Positions 1 through 10,037 of a DNA stretch of 58,163 bases are shown one piece after another. The stretch comes from an uncultured virus (IMG/VR IMGVR_UViG_3300035670_000050) (Duplodnaviria > Heunggongvirae > Uroviricota > Caudoviricetes): positions 62,001 to 120,163 of IMG/VR virus record IMGVR_UViG_3300035670_000050; one strand, given 5' to 3'. A model generated the notes under the pieces. That model did not search any database, had not been told where the DNA came from, and saw only the letters and a list, made by a program, of their open reading frames with translations. Position 1 is the first letter of the stretch. Each line of letters starts with the position of its first letter. The translations under genes were made by a program, and so were the position numbers.

Positions 1-1578
1 CCACAAATTCAAAGAACTAATGTACAAGATGATAGAGTTGTGCCAGTAACAACAACTACTAGTCGTGCAGTTGTATGGACAGACCCATTAGCACAAACTT
101 TCTTAGTGAGTCCAGTTCAATTTCCACAGGGAATTTTCTTGAATAAAATTCGTGTTTGCTTTAAATCAAAAGATGATAGTATCCCAGTAACATTACAAAT
201 AAGACCTGCTGTAAATGGATATCCATCAAGCTCTGTTATATATCCATTTGGAACAGTAACATTGACTCCAGATAAAGTTAAAGTTACTGACACACCAAGT
301 TTAGATGATCCAACAAAATACACAGATTTTATTTTCAATTCACCACTATACATGCAACCTGGTGAACACTGCTTTGTTCTTTTGGCAAATTCTAACAAGT
401 ATGAAATTTATAGTGCTGAGATTGGTAAAACAGATTTAACAACAAATCGTTTAATATCTGAACAACCATATGGTGGTTCACTATTCTTATCTCAGAATGG
501 TTCAACATGGACAGCAGATCAAAACTCTGATATGATGTTTAGACTGTTTAGATATACTTTCTCTACAAGTCCAGTAAACGCACAATTCTTAGTAGATTTT
601 CCAGAAACATCAGCCGTTCCTTACGATCTCACGCATTTGATTACCGCAGATGTCACAATGGGTAATACAGCATTAAAGTATGAGTTTAACTCCGAAACAT
701 TAACTGGTGATTATGTTGGCTACAAAGCAATCAATCCATTCAGTGATTATGATATGAATGATGGTGGTGGAACTAGACAATTATCTGTAGAAAAAGGTGA
801 TGCATCATTTATATTAAGTGCTCAATTACAATCATCAAACCCAGACATTTCTCCTTTTATTGATATTTCTAGAATGGGTTTCTTGGCAGTACACAATCAA
901 ATTAATGATTTAGGGCTGTCAAATAATAACATCGTCATATTAAATGGTGGTACTGGCATAGTTGGTCCTGAAGATGTTACTATAACAATTAGTGGTGGAA
1001 ATGGTAGTGGTGCAACCGCTGAAGCAAATGTTGTTAATGGTTCAATAGATGCAATTAATATTGTTGATGCTGGTTCTGGTTACACTACAACACCAACGAT
1101 AAACATATCTTTGGCCAGTGGTTCTGGTGCTCAAGCAATAATTTTAGGTGAAACAAGTAAACGAGGTGGGCCAGCAAAAGCAAGATACATAACTAGAAGA
1201 GTCACACTAAACGATGGATTTGATTCCAGTGACTTGCGTGTTTATCTCAATGTGTATAAACCGGCACAGTCTGAAGTATATGTTTATGCTAAAATGTTGT
1301 CTGCATCTGACCCAAGTATTTTTGAAGATGTAGAATGGCAATTAATGACCCCAATTACAAGTACAAACTTTGTATCAACTAATAAGAATGATTTTAGAGA
1401 AATGATTTATGCTCCAGGTACAAATGGTGTTGCAAGTAATTCAATAACATACACTTCAAACAACATTACATACAATACATTTAAAACTTTTGCAATTAAG
1501 ATTGTTATGGCAAGTAATGATTCTGTAAATGTGCCAAGAATTAAAGAACTTCGTGCAATCGCATTACCTGGAGGTTAA
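1..1578 (+). CDS. Large virion structural protein, C-terminal part (DUF4815/VrlC-like); 5' end lies outside the window
   Basis: Frame is open from base 1 (PQIQRTNVQDDRVVP...). Motifs PLAQTF, 'F.SKD..IPVTLQIRP..NGYP', 'QPYGGSLFLSQNGSTWTADQNSD' and C-terminal 'FKTFAIKIVM...PRIKELRAIAL' match the DUF4815-type structural proteins of T4-like phages. Confidence 0.8.
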   Translation, partial: PQIQRTNVQDDRVVPVTTTTSRAVVWTDPLAQTFLVSPVQFPQGIFLNKIRVCFKSKDDSIPVTLQIRPAVNGYPSSSVIYPFGTVTLTPDKVKVTDTPSLDDPTKYTDFIFNSPLYMQPGEHCFVLLANSNKYEIYSAEIGKTDLTTNRLISEQPYGGSLFLSQNGSTWTADQNSDMMFRLFRYTFSTSPVNAQFLVDFPETSAVPYDLTHLITADVTMGNTALKYEFNSETLTGDYVGYKAINPFSDYDMNDGGGTRQLSVEKGDASFILSAQLQSSNPDISPFIDISRMGFLAVHNQINDLGLSNNNIVILNGGTGIVGPEDVTITISGGNGSGATAEANVVNGSIDAINIVDAGSGYTTTPTINISLASGSGAQAIILGETSKRGGPAKARYITRRVTLNDGFDSSDLRVYLNVYKPAQSEVYVYAKMLSASDPSIFEDVEWQLMTPITSTNFVSTNKNDFREMIYAPGTNGVASNSITYTSNNITYNTFKTFAIKIVMASNDSVNVPRIKELRAIALPGG

Positions 1579-1580
1579 TC

Positions 1581-1823
1581 ATGTCAACTTTAGTGAAGAT
1601 AAAGGATAACAGAGGTTTAGTCAGAGATATTCATTCTAAGGCTGTTTTGAGTACAGATAAAAATGGGTTAAATGAATATCTTATGAAGAAAGAATTAAGT
1701 AGAAAACAAAACGAAGAAAAAGAAGAAATGAAATTAAGAATGGAACAGATGGAAAAAGATATGCAGATAATCAAATCTTTGTTATTAGATATCGCAGAGG
1801 TAAAAAATAATGCCAATAGTTAA
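1581..1823 (+). CDS. Small conserved phage protein with C-terminal coiled coil
   Basis: 80 aa; 'LVRDIHSKAVL' start and heptad-rich tail; GGAGG RBS at the end of the upstream gene. Confidence 0.7.
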   Translation: MSTLVKIKDNRGLVRDIHSKAVLSTDKNGLNEYLMKKELSRKQNEEKEEMKLRMEQMEKDMQIIKSLLLDIAEVKNNANS

Positions 1824-2058
1824 TCAGATAAATACATCAAATACTTTTTTAGATTGGTTGACAACCACACAATCATTAGTAGACCTTGCGAACAATACTA
1901 TTTTTTATGTAGATACTGCTCCTACTAGTCCTGTTGGTACAACTGGAGATATTAAAGGTTCAGTTTATTTGGCAAATAATTATCTATATTATTGTTCAGA
2001 AGATTATACTGGAGTTTCTAATATTTGGAGTAGAATTTCTTCTACTGATTCTTGGTAA
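1810..2058 (+). CDS. Small virion protein (fibritin-like N-terminal 'NTF.dW...T' motif)
   Basis: 82 aa; N-terminal 'INTSNTFLDWLTTTQ' and C-terminal 'PTSPVGTTGDIKG...YLYYC...WSRI' fibre-type motif. Confidence 0.55.
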   Translation: MPIVNQINTSNTFLDWLTTTQSLVDLANNTIFYVDTAPTSPVGTTGDIKGSVYLANNYLYYCSEDYTGVSNIWSRISSTDSW

Positions 2059-2082
2059 TAATACGGATAAAGGAGAGCATTA

Positions 2083-2448
2083 ATGGCATTTAGAATTAAC
2101 GGCAGTGATGTAGTTTACGATAGTGAAGTCGTAAGAGTATCTGCCAATACCACACAAAACAGACCTTTTCCGCCGGTTGTTGGTATGCTTCGTTTTAATA
2201 CAGATGAAGATACCTTTGAGGGGTACGATGGAATCGAATGGGGACCAATAGGTGGTGGAGGAGGAGACGCCGATTCTGCCAATACTGCCAATACTGCTAA
2301 AGAATTAGTTACAAGTCCAACTACATTTTCAATCAAAGAAGCTGATGGCAAATTATCTTTTTATTATGGAACAACAAAAATAGCATCATTAGATCAATAT
2401 GGAAGATTCATTACTTCCAACAACATTACTGCTTTAGGTACGCCATAA
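2083..2448 (+). CDS. Virion fibre/baseplate-associated protein
   Basis: AAGGAG RBS; 'GMLRFNTDEDTFEGYDGIEWGPIGGG' motif typical of T4-like fibre/baseplate proteins, also present near the end of 13830..16136. Confidence 0.65.
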   Translation: MAFRINGSDVVYDSEVVRVSANTTQNRPFPPVVGMLRFNTDEDTFEGYDGIEWGPIGGGGGDADSANTANTAKELVTSPTTFSIKEADGKLSFYYGTTKIASLDQYGRFITSNNITALGTP

Positions 2449-2481
2449 TTAATAGCATAAATAGAATTAGAGGAGAGTATT

Positions 2482-2817
2482 TTGGCAGATTTTGTTGAAC
2501 TACAAATAGAAGCAGGTTCTACATTTGTCACACAAGTTGATGTGAGTGATGCCTCTGGTTTACCAAAAAATTTAAATGGTTATACTGTTAGATCACAATT
2601 AAGAAAATCTTATTATTCTACAAATGCAGTAAATTTCACAATTACTATGATAGATGCTCCAAATGGTTCCATAGAGTTAAAACTAGGTGCAGATGTTACG
2701 TCTAGTATACGAGCAGGTAGATATGTTTATGATGTAGAAATTGAAGAAGTTAGTACTGGAACAGTGACAAGAATATTTGAAGGTATAGCTACAATATTGC
2801 CTAATGTAACTAGATAA
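2482..2817 (+). CDS. Beta-sandwich virion adaptor protein
   Basis: GAGGAG RBS, TTG start; 'LNGYTVRSQLRKSY', 'GRYVYDVEI', 'RIFEG...P.VTR' typical of T4-like fibre adaptors. Confidence 0.7.
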   Translation: MADFVELQIEAGSTFVTQVDVSDASGLPKNLNGYTVRSQLRKSYYSTNAVNFTITMIDAPNGSIELKLGADVTSSIRAGRYVYDVEIEEVSTGTVTRIFEGIATILPNVTR

Positions 2818-2827
2818 AAACATAAAT

Positions 2828-3028
2828 ATGTCAATAAAAGTAACAATTAAACCTAATAAGTCTTCTGTTTCATCTGTTAATATTGGTCCTAAACCTAGTA
2901 TTTCTCTAGGACAAATAACAAATGTTGATGCTACAAATCCAGATAATGGTGAGATTTTAGTTTATGATGCGAATACGAATTCTTATACAGTAAAAACAAT
3001 ACCATTCATTGCCGGAGGCTCGTTTTAA
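2828..3028 (+). CDS. Small virion protein ending in GGSF
   Basis: 66 aa; 'DNGEILVYD' fibre motif; preceded by CATAAATA. Confidence 0.6.
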   Translation: MSIKVTIKPNKSSVSSVNIGPKPSISLGQITNVDATNPDNGEILVYDANTNSYTVKTIPFIAGGSF

Positions 3029-3031
3029 AAA

Positions 3032-4447
3032 ATGGCTAATACACTCATACAACTAAAATACTCGACAGTAACGGATATTCCTGTTTCTCTTAATACAGCT
3101 GAACCGGCATATTCATATAGTAGTAACACTCTGTTTATTGGAAATCCTGCTGGCAATGGAACTCTAAATATTGGTGGTTATTTTTATACCAAAACAATCG
3201 ATGATGCAACTGATGCTTCTACACCAGGAACATTAGTTCTTCGTGATGCTCAAGGTTCAGCATCGTTCAATGTTATTACTGGTAATCTTATTATTGCAGA
3301 AATTGATGGTAATTCAAATTCTGCTACACAATTAAAAGAACCATTTGATTTGGGATTAGATGGAGATGTAACTGGTAATGTTTCAATCGATGGAGCTGCT
3401 AATGTAACACTCACAGTAGAACTTGTCAATACTGGAGTAAATGCAGGATCATATGGTTCAACAACACAGATACCTGTCTTTACTGTCGATGAAGACGGTA
3501 GACTTACTGATGCAAACACAGTCAATGTTGCAACAACACTTGCATTTTCAGCAGATGGTCCCACAACAGGTTCTTTAGATTTACTTACTGACACCTTCAC
3601 ACTTGAAGGTGGTGATGGTATCACAACAACTGCAAATGATACAACAAACACAATCGTTGTTGATGTTGATAATACAGTTATTCGAACAACTGGTAATCAA
3701 AGTATTACTGGTGATTTAGGAATTACTGGTAACTTAATTGTTTCTGGCAATACAATTACTCTCGATACGGAAACAATAAGAGTAAACGACTCTATAATGT
3801 TATTAGCTGCAAACAATGATCAAGGAGATTTACTTGATATTGGTATGACAGCACATTATGGTGTTGGTGGAAATAATCATACAGGTCTTGTTCGTCATGC
3901 AGCAGATGGAAAATGGTATCTGTTTGAAAATTATACAGATCATTTTATACATGATTTTAATACGATTAATATTGCTGACCCAACATTTGTTACTGCAAAT
4001 CTTGTAGCAAATATTACTGGTGGTAAAGTATCGGGACTAACTGAAGTCATTGTAGTTTCAGATGGTGGTACAGGCCAAAATACATTCACAACAGGTTCAA
4101 TTATAATTGGTAATGGAACTGGTGGTTTATTAGAACTTGCAAATACAACATCAACAGGAACATATGCTAATGCGTCACATGTTCCAGTAATTACTGTAGA
4201 CGAATATGGTAGAGTATCAAATGTAGTAAACACATTAATTGATATCGACACATCTCAAGTAACAACTGGTATACTTGGGGTTCCAAGAGGTGGTACTGGT
4301 GCAAACACATTTACAACAAATGGAGTCCTTTTAGGCCAAGGAACTAGTGCAATAACTACAGTTTCTTCTTCTACAGAAGGTCATGTATTAACAATCAATT
4401 CTTCAGGTGTTCCAACATTTGAAATGATATCTGGCGGTACATTTTAA
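3032..4447 (+). CDS. Tail/head fibre protein with Mtd-N-like N-terminal domain
   Basis: N-terminal 'IQLKYS...L..AEPAY'; two 'GSYG/TY....IPV.TVD..GR' repeats; 'GGTG.NTFT' repeats; ends GGTF. Confidence 0.75.
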   Translation: MANTLIQLKYSTVTDIPVSLNTAEPAYSYSSNTLFIGNPAGNGTLNIGGYFYTKTIDDATDASTPGTLVLRDAQGSASFNVITGNLIIAEIDGNSNSATQLKEPFDLGLDGDVTGNVSIDGAANVTLTVELVNTGVNAGSYGSTTQIPVFTVDEDGRLTDANTVNVATTLAFSADGPTTGSLDLLTDTFTLEGGDGITTTANDTTNTIVVDVDNTVIRTTGNQSITGDLGITGNLIVSGNTITLDTETIRVNDSIMLLAANNDQGDLLDIGMTAHYGVGGNNHTGLVRHAADGKWYLFENYTDHFIHDFNTINIADPTFVTANLVANITGGKVSGLTEVIVVSDGGTGQNTFTTGSIIIGNGTGGLLELANTTSTGTYANASHVPVITVDEYGRVSNVVNTLIDIDTSQVTTGILGVPRGGTGANTFTTNGVLLGQGTSAITTVSSSTEGHVLTINSSGVPTFEMISGGTF

Positions 4448-4467
4448 ATTATTTAATAGGAGAGTTT

Positions 4468-4980
4468 ATGAGTGTTGAATTTAGTAATGCTTATCAAGAA
4501 ATTTTACTTGACAACTTGATTTCAGTTATTAAACAAAATTTTGTATTTCAAACGCAACTAAAGTTGGTAGATAAAACAGGTAAAGAGAAGGAAGAACTTC
4601 AAAAAAAATTTGAAGAAATAAATTCTCTTTACAATTCTACTAAAAATGAAGTTAATCAGTTACAAACTTACAAAGTAAAGGCTGAACAAAATAGTTCTGC
4701 ACATGAAGAAAAAAATAGAATACAAGCAGCATTAAATGATTCTATGAAGAAAAACTCTTCTTTACAGAAAGAAATAGATTCAATAAAGATAGAAAAAAAT
4801 AAAGAGTTAGAAGAATTAAAAGAAGAATTAAATAATTTAAAAGCATACATCACAAAACTAGAAGAGAATATCTCAATTACTAAATTGAAAAAAATTAACC
4901 CAGAAAAAGTTGCAGCAGAGAATGAAATTAAAGTTATTGAAAATAATCTACAGAAGGTTTTAGATGGTAGTTCATTTTAA
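4468..4980 (+). CDS. Coiled-coil protein
   Basis: AGGAG RBS; 170 aa K/E/N-rich heptads; ends DGSSF. Confidence 0.7.
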   Translation: MSVEFSNAYQEILLDNLISVIKQNFVFQTQLKLVDKTGKEKEELQKKFEEINSLYNSTKNEVNQLQTYKVKAEQNSSAHEEKNRIQAALNDSMKKNSSLQKEIDSIKIEKNKELEELKEELNNLKAYITKLEENISITKLKKINPEKVAAENEIKVIENNLQKVLDGSSF

Positions 4981-5573
4981 TGTCAAATACAGTAATCCAA
5001 CTAAAGTATTCTACAGCCAGCGGAAATACACCAAGTCAATTAGAATTTGGTGAATTAGCAATAAATTCATACGATGGTAAGATATTTTATAGAAACCATC
5101 TAAACACAATCAGTTCAATTGAAAACTATCCAGGCCCTTCTGGATTAGATACTGAAATACAATTTAATGATTCTGGCGTTCTTGGTGCAAATTCTAATTT
5201 CACATATGACAAAGCAAATTCAACATTAAATGTAGTAAAGACAAATGTTAATTCTGCCTTTGATATAGTTGGTACTGAATTAACTACAACCAGTAATACT
5301 TCCACAGTTTTATATTCTTTTTCCACAAACAAATATGGTTCTGGCAAATTTGTTATTCAAGCATCAGATTCAAATAAAAGGCAAGTTACTGAACTTCTAG
5401 TTGTACATGATTCTGTTACTGCCTATGCTACGGAATATGCCATCATAAGAACAAATGGCAATCTATTTGATTTGGAAGTAGACATAGATTCTAACACAGT
5501 TCGATTAATGACTACAAGCACTTCTTCAAATAACACCGTATATAAAGTATCTGGCAATCTATTGCTAATATAA
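4980..5573 (+). CDS. Virion protein with Mtd-N-like N-terminal domain
   Basis: 'IQLKYS...P..LEFGELAINSYDGKIFY', 'IQFNDSG.LG' and C-terminal 'ELLVVHD...AY.TEYA' beta domain. Confidence 0.7.
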   Translation: MSNTVIQLKYSTASGNTPSQLEFGELAINSYDGKIFYRNHLNTISSIENYPGPSGLDTEIQFNDSGVLGANSNFTYDKANSTLNVVKTNVNSAFDIVGTELTTTSNTSTVLYSFSTNKYGSGKFVIQASDSNKRQVTELLVVHDSVTAYATEYAIIRTNGNLFDLEVDIDSNTVRLMTTSTSSNNTVYKVSGNLLLI

Positions 5574-5576
5574 ATA
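5569..5576 (+). promoter_or_regulatory. T4-type late promoter
   Basis: Exact TATAAATA about 43 nt upstream of the ATG at 5619. Confidence 0.7.
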
Positions 5577-5618
5577 TAATAATAACATCCATTGGGGATA
5601 GGGAACCAAGGAACATAA

Positions 5619-7022
5619 ATGGCAAATGATAAAAAATTTGTAGTCAAAAACGGACTACAAACTCAAAATATAGATTTTGTATATGATGCAGAATCTAACA
5701 CAGCAACAATTTCCATAAATGAAAATGGTTTAATATCTGTTAATGGTGATATAAAGCTTTCCAATGCTCTTTATGATTTTACAAAATCAAAAGGTAATGT
5801 TGGTGAAGCTTTATTTGCTACAGCAGAAGGTGTTAAATGGCAAATTCCTTCTTCTTTAATTGGTGTAGATAGTGTTCTCTATGTATCAAAATCTGGAAAT
5901 GATTCAAATGATGGCAAAAGTTTAGATAAACCTTTCCTAACAATTAAAGCTGCACTTGCAGTTGCAAATACTGGAACTACTGTTTTCGTAAAGTCTGGAG
6001 ATTATACTGAGATAAATCCAGTTACAGTTCCAGAGGGTGTTGCAATTATTGGTGATAATTTAAGAACAGTAACAGTAAGACCACAAACAACAAATCAAGA
6101 TTTATTTTATGTGAATAATGGATGTTATCTTTCAGGTATGACATTCAGAGATCATGTTTCTCCTGCAGCAGCAGTAGCATTTAATCCTAATGGCTCTGCT
6201 GGAAATATAACCACAAGTCCTTATGTTCAAGATTGCTCTTCAATAACCACTACTGGAACAGGCATGAGAATTGATGGTTCTCATGTAACTGGCAATTTAA
6301 AATCTATGGTATTGGATGCATATACACAATTTAATCAAGGTGGAATAGGCGTTCATATTTTAAATTCTGGTTATGCACAATTAGTAAGTTTGTTTACTAT
6401 TTGCTGTACTGAATCTGTTCTTTGCGAATCAGGTGGTCAATGTTCAATTACAAACTCAAATAGTTCTTTTGGAGACAGAGGTCTCGTTGCAAATGGCAAA
6501 AGTTCACTATTATTTTCTGGTTCAACAAACGGTGTAAACCCAGACACTAACCGTGCAAATGTAGTTATTGATGGTCTTTCAACTAAACCTGCTGTGAATG
6601 ATGTTGCAACTTTTGATGGAGGAAATACTTTCTATACAATTATTTCAACAACTGGCTTAGTATCTGGTCAAACAACCATTACAGTAGCAGAAACATTGCC
6701 AACATCAATTCCTAATGACACACAGGTAGATTTTTATCGTAGAAGTTTTATTAGTGCATCTGGGCATACTTTTGAATATGTTGGTGCAGGAACAACATTA
6801 GCTAATGCAATACCTATAGCAGGTGGAGAACCTATACCTGCAAATGAAGCAGTTCAATTAAATGGTGGTAAAGTGTTTTATTCAAGTACAGATCAATATG
6901 GTAATTTTCAAATAGGTGGTGAATTGTCATTTATAAATGCAAAGGGTACTATTGAAGGTAGAACATTCAATCGAAGTTTATTCACAGTAATGACGCCATA
7001 TATATTGGCGTTAGAAGGATAA
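5619..7022 (+). CDS. Tailspike-like protein with pectin-lyase-like beta-helix
   Basis: 'LYVSKSGNDSNDG...PFLTIKAAL', 'VFVKSGDYTE.NP', 'GDNLR', 'SPYVQDCSS' beta-helix motifs. Confidence 0.75.
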   Translation: MANDKKFVVKNGLQTQNIDFVYDAESNTATISINENGLISVNGDIKLSNALYDFTKSKGNVGEALFATAEGVKWQIPSSLIGVDSVLYVSKSGNDSNDGKSLDKPFLTIKAALAVANTGTTVFVKSGDYTEINPVTVPEGVAIIGDNLRTVTVRPQTTNQDLFYVNNGCYLSGMTFRDHVSPAAAVAFNPNGSAGNITTSPYVQDCSSITTTGTGMRIDGSHVTGNLKSMVLDAYTQFNQGGIGVHILNSGYAQLVSLFTICCTESVLCESGGQCSITNSNSSFGDRGLVANGKSSLLFSGSTNGVNPDTNRANVVIDGLSTKPAVNDVATFDGGNTFYTIISTTGLVSGQTTITVAETLPTSIPNDTQVDFYRRSFISASGHTFEYVGAGTTLANAIPIAGGEPIPANEAVQLNGGKVFYSSTDQYGNFQIGGELSFINAKGTIEGRTFNRSLFTVMTPYILALEG

Positions 7023-7025
7023 AAT

Positions 7026-7358
7026 ATGGCAACAGCTTTAAATAGTTTTAAAACAATTACTGCAAATGTAACAACAAATTTAGAAACAATTTATACTTCT
7101 CCATCTGGTTATACTGGTATAGTTTTGATGGCTCAAATAAGTAATGTATCAGAAAATACATCAAATGTCACATTTGTATTAAATGATGGAGTTGCAGATT
7201 ATGAATTGTTAAAACAGTTTGATGTTCCTAAAACTGATGCTATATCTGGAACAGTTGGTAAATTAGTTTTGGAAACAGGCAGTTCAGTTAAAATTTCTGC
7301 ATCTGCAAATAATGAATTAAAAATAGTCTTAAGTATATTAGAATCAGCAAATGAATAA
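7026..7358 (+). CDS. Small beta-sandwich fibre adaptor (paralog of 10038..10400)
   Basis: 110 aa; 'IYTSP', 'ISNV', 'LVLETGSSVKISAS...IVLSILE'. Confidence 0.65.
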   Translation: MATALNSFKTITANVTTNLETIYTSPSGYTGIVLMAQISNVSENTSNVTFVLNDGVADYELLKQFDVPKTDAISGTVGKLVLETGSSVKISASANNELKIVLSILESANE

Positions 7359-10023
7359 TAGAATACACAGCGGAAAAGTAAAAAAGATACCTTCATCTAA
7401 TGTATCTTCAAGTAGATATGAATTTTTAAGTTTAGGTGAAGCTGAACCAGACTTAGGATTACCTCAAGGAAATTCTTATGTTTTAACAGCAAACACAGAT
7501 GGAACTAGAACATGGGTAAATACTGCGGATGTACAAGGTCTATCTGGGTACAGTGGAGCTCCAGGTTCATCGATTGAAATTAAAGGTTCAGTATCCGATT
7601 TTTCTAATTTACCTGAAAATGATAATACGCAAGGTGATGTTTATTATGTTGAGAGTGAAGGAAACTTATATTATTGGGATGGAACTTCTTGGGTACTTAT
7701 AGGACAAATTAAAGGATCACCAGGCGCATCTGGTTATTCTGGTTACTCAGGAATCTCTGGTCATTCTGGCATTTCTGGTTATTCTGGTAGATCAGGATGG
7801 TCTGGTTATTCTGGTGATTCAGGACTTTCAGGTTATTCAGGACTTTCAGGATTCTCTGGTGATTCAGGACTTTCAGGATTCTCTGGTGAATCTGGCTTCT
7901 CAGGTTACTCTGGTGAATCAGGTTACTCTGGAGAATCTGGTTTCTCAGGTTACTCTGGAGAATCTGGCTTCTCAGGTTATTCTGGTATTTCAGGTTATTC
8001 AGGACTTTCAGGTTACTCTGGTGAATCAGGTTACTCTGGTGAATCAGGTTTCTCAGGTATTTCAGGATTCTCTGGTGATTCAGGACTTTCAGGATTCTCT
8101 GGTGAATCTGGCTTCTCAGGTTACTCTGGTGAATCTGGGTTCTCAGGAATTTCTGGATATTCTGGTATTTCTGGATTTTCTGGTGATTCAGGTTTCTCAG
8201 GTTATTCAGGATCAGGTATTTCAGGTTATAGTGGTTTTAGTGGTGTTGCACCAGATTCAATTTTCTATGATGCTAATTCTATAACAACAGTTACAGGAAC
8301 ATATGTTTCAGGTGATGTAACAGACATTCAAACTTTTGGTGATGACAATTACTATGTTGTTTCTGAAGTCAGTGGATCTCCAGGTTATTCTATCGAGATT
8401 GATTTTACAGGTGTTGCTAATTTTAATAGAGTAGAATTAGCATTAAAATATACACACACGAATCATATAATTTATTTTGAAATCTATAATAATAACTCTT
8501 CTTCTTGGGATATAATAGGTACATTTACAGGAACAAATTTAGTTTTTGCTTCACATATATTTGATGTAATTAGTGATGTACCATATATTAATAATGGATA
8601 TGTCAACACAAGAATATATCATTATTCTGAGGGTTTTGCTAATATTAATGTAGAAATAGATTATGTTACTATTGGTCTTACAACACAAGGCCCTCAAGGT
8701 ATTTCTGGACTTTCTGGATTTAGTGGTAACTCAACTTCAGGATTCTCTGGTGAATCTGGCTTCTCAGGAATTTCTGGTTATTCTGGTGATTCAGGACTTT
8801 CAGGATTCTCTGGTGAATCTGGATTCTCAGGTTACTCTGGTATTTCAGGATTTTCTGGTGATTCAGGACTTTCAGGATATTCTGGTGAATCTGGCTTCTC
8901 AGGATATTCTGGCGAATTAGGTTTCTCAGGTTACTCTGGTGAATCAGGTTACTCTGGTGAACCAGGACTTTCAGGTTATTCTGGTTTTGGTTTATCTGGG
9001 TATTCTGGGTATTCTGGTTTACCAGGAGGTTCTTCGACATGGATTCGTAAAACTGAAAACTATGTAGCATCTTCTGGTGAAAAAATTATTGCAGATACAA
9101 GTAATAGTTCGTTTACTATAACTTTACCTTTATCACCTTCTATTGGGAATTATGTTGAGATCATGGATGGTTCTAGTTGGGCCATTAATAATTTAACAAT
9201 AGATAGAAATGGTTCTACTATTGAAAATGAAGCTGAAAATTTACTATTGGATGTATTGGGTATTTCTGTCGTTTTTGTTTATGATGGAACAACATGGCAA
9301 GTAGTTACTAGTATTGGATCTCAAGGAGTTTCAGGTTACTCAGGAATTGGTTCTTCTTGGGATCGTATAACTAGTAATTATACAGCATCACATAAACAAA
9401 GAATAATAGCTGATACAAGTAGTGGTCCGTTTACTATATCTTTGCCTTTAACTCCAAATTTAAATGATAATATAGAACTTGTTGATGGGGATAGTTGGGC
9501 AAACAATAATTTAACAATAGATAGAAATGGTTCTACTATTGAAAATGAAGCTGAAAATTTACTATTGGATGTAACTGGTATATTTTTAATATTGATATAT
9601 AATGGAAGTACTTGGAAAATAATTAGTTCAGCTGGTTCTTCTGGTGTATCCGGTTATTCTGGAGAAGGAACTGGAGGTCTTGGATCATCTGGTTACTCTG
9701 GTTATTCTGGAGAAGGGTTGTCTGGTTTTTCTGGTATATCTGGTTTTTCTGGTAGATCAGGATGGTCTGGTTATTCTGGTGCTGGAACATCAGGTTACTC
9801 TGGTTATTCTGGTGCTGGAATTTCTGGGTATTCTGGATTAGGGGTATCTGGTTACTCAGGAATCTCTGGTCATTCTGGCATTTCTGGTTATTCTGGTAGA
9901 TCAGGATGGTCTGGTTATTCTGGTACTGGAATATCTGGTTTCTCAGGTATTTCTGGTTATTCTGGTTCAGCAGCATCAGCCAGTGTTGGTAAAGCCATAA
10001 CAATGGCACTCGTTTTCGGATAA
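7351..10023 (+). CDS. Collagen-like (Gly-X-Ser) fibre protein with two gp9/gp10-like beta domains
   Basis: 890 aa; three long (G-X-S)n tracts; duplicated 'ADTS...FTI.LP..P......DG.SWA.NNLTIDRNGSTIENEAENLLLDV' domain; ends 'GKAITMALVFG'. Confidence 0.85.
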   Translation: MNNRIHSGKVKKIPSSNVSSSRYEFLSLGEAEPDLGLPQGNSYVLTANTDGTRTWVNTADVQGLSGYSGAPGSSIEIKGSVSDFSNLPENDNTQGDVYYVESEGNLYYWDGTSWVLIGQIKGSPGASGYSGYSGISGHSGISGYSGRSGWSGYSGDSGLSGYSGLSGFSGDSGLSGFSGESGFSGYSGESGYSGESGFSGYSGESGFSGYSGISGYSGLSGYSGESGYSGESGFSGISGFSGDSGLSGFSGESGFSGYSGESGFSGISGYSGISGFSGDSGFSGYSGSGISGYSGFSGVAPDSIFYDANSITTVTGTYVSGDVTDIQTFGDDNYYVVSEVSGSPGYSIEIDFTGVANFNRVELALKYTHTNHIIYFEIYNNNSSSWDIIGTFTGTNLVFASHIFDVISDVPYINNGYVNTRIYHYSEGFANINVEIDYVTIGLTTQGPQGISGLSGFSGNSTSGFSGESGFSGISGYSGDSGLSGFSGESGFSGYSGISGFSGDSGLSGYSGESGFSGYSGELGFSGYSGESGYSGEPGLSGYSGFGLSGYSGYSGLPGGSSTWIRKTENYVASSGEKIIADTSNSSFTITLPLSPSIGNYVEIMDGSSWAINNLTIDRNGSTIENEAENLLLDVLGISVVFVYDGTTWQVVTSIGSQGVSGYSGIGSSWDRITSNYTASHKQRIIADTSSGPFTISLPLTPNLNDNIELVDGDSWANNNLTIDRNGSTIENEAENLLLDVTGIFLILIYNGSTWKIISSAGSSGVSGYSGEGTGGLGSSGYSGYSGEGLSGFSGISGFSGRSGWSGYSGAGTSGYSGYSGAGISGYSGLGVSGYSGISGHSGISGYSGRSGWSGYSGTGISGFSGISGYSGSAASASVGKAITMALVFG
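7738..7815 (+). repeat. 78-bp exact direct repeat, second copy at 9847..9924
   Basis: tctggttactcaggaatctctggtcat...tcaggatggtctggttattctggt is identical at both sites. Confidence 0.85.
9187..9255 (+). repeat. 69-bp exact direct repeat, second copy at 9505..9573
   Basis: aataatttaacaatagatagaaatggttctactattgaaaatgaagctgaaaatttactattggatgta is identical in the two duplicated domains. Confidence 0.85.
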
Positions 10024-10037
10024 GGAAAAAATAAAAA

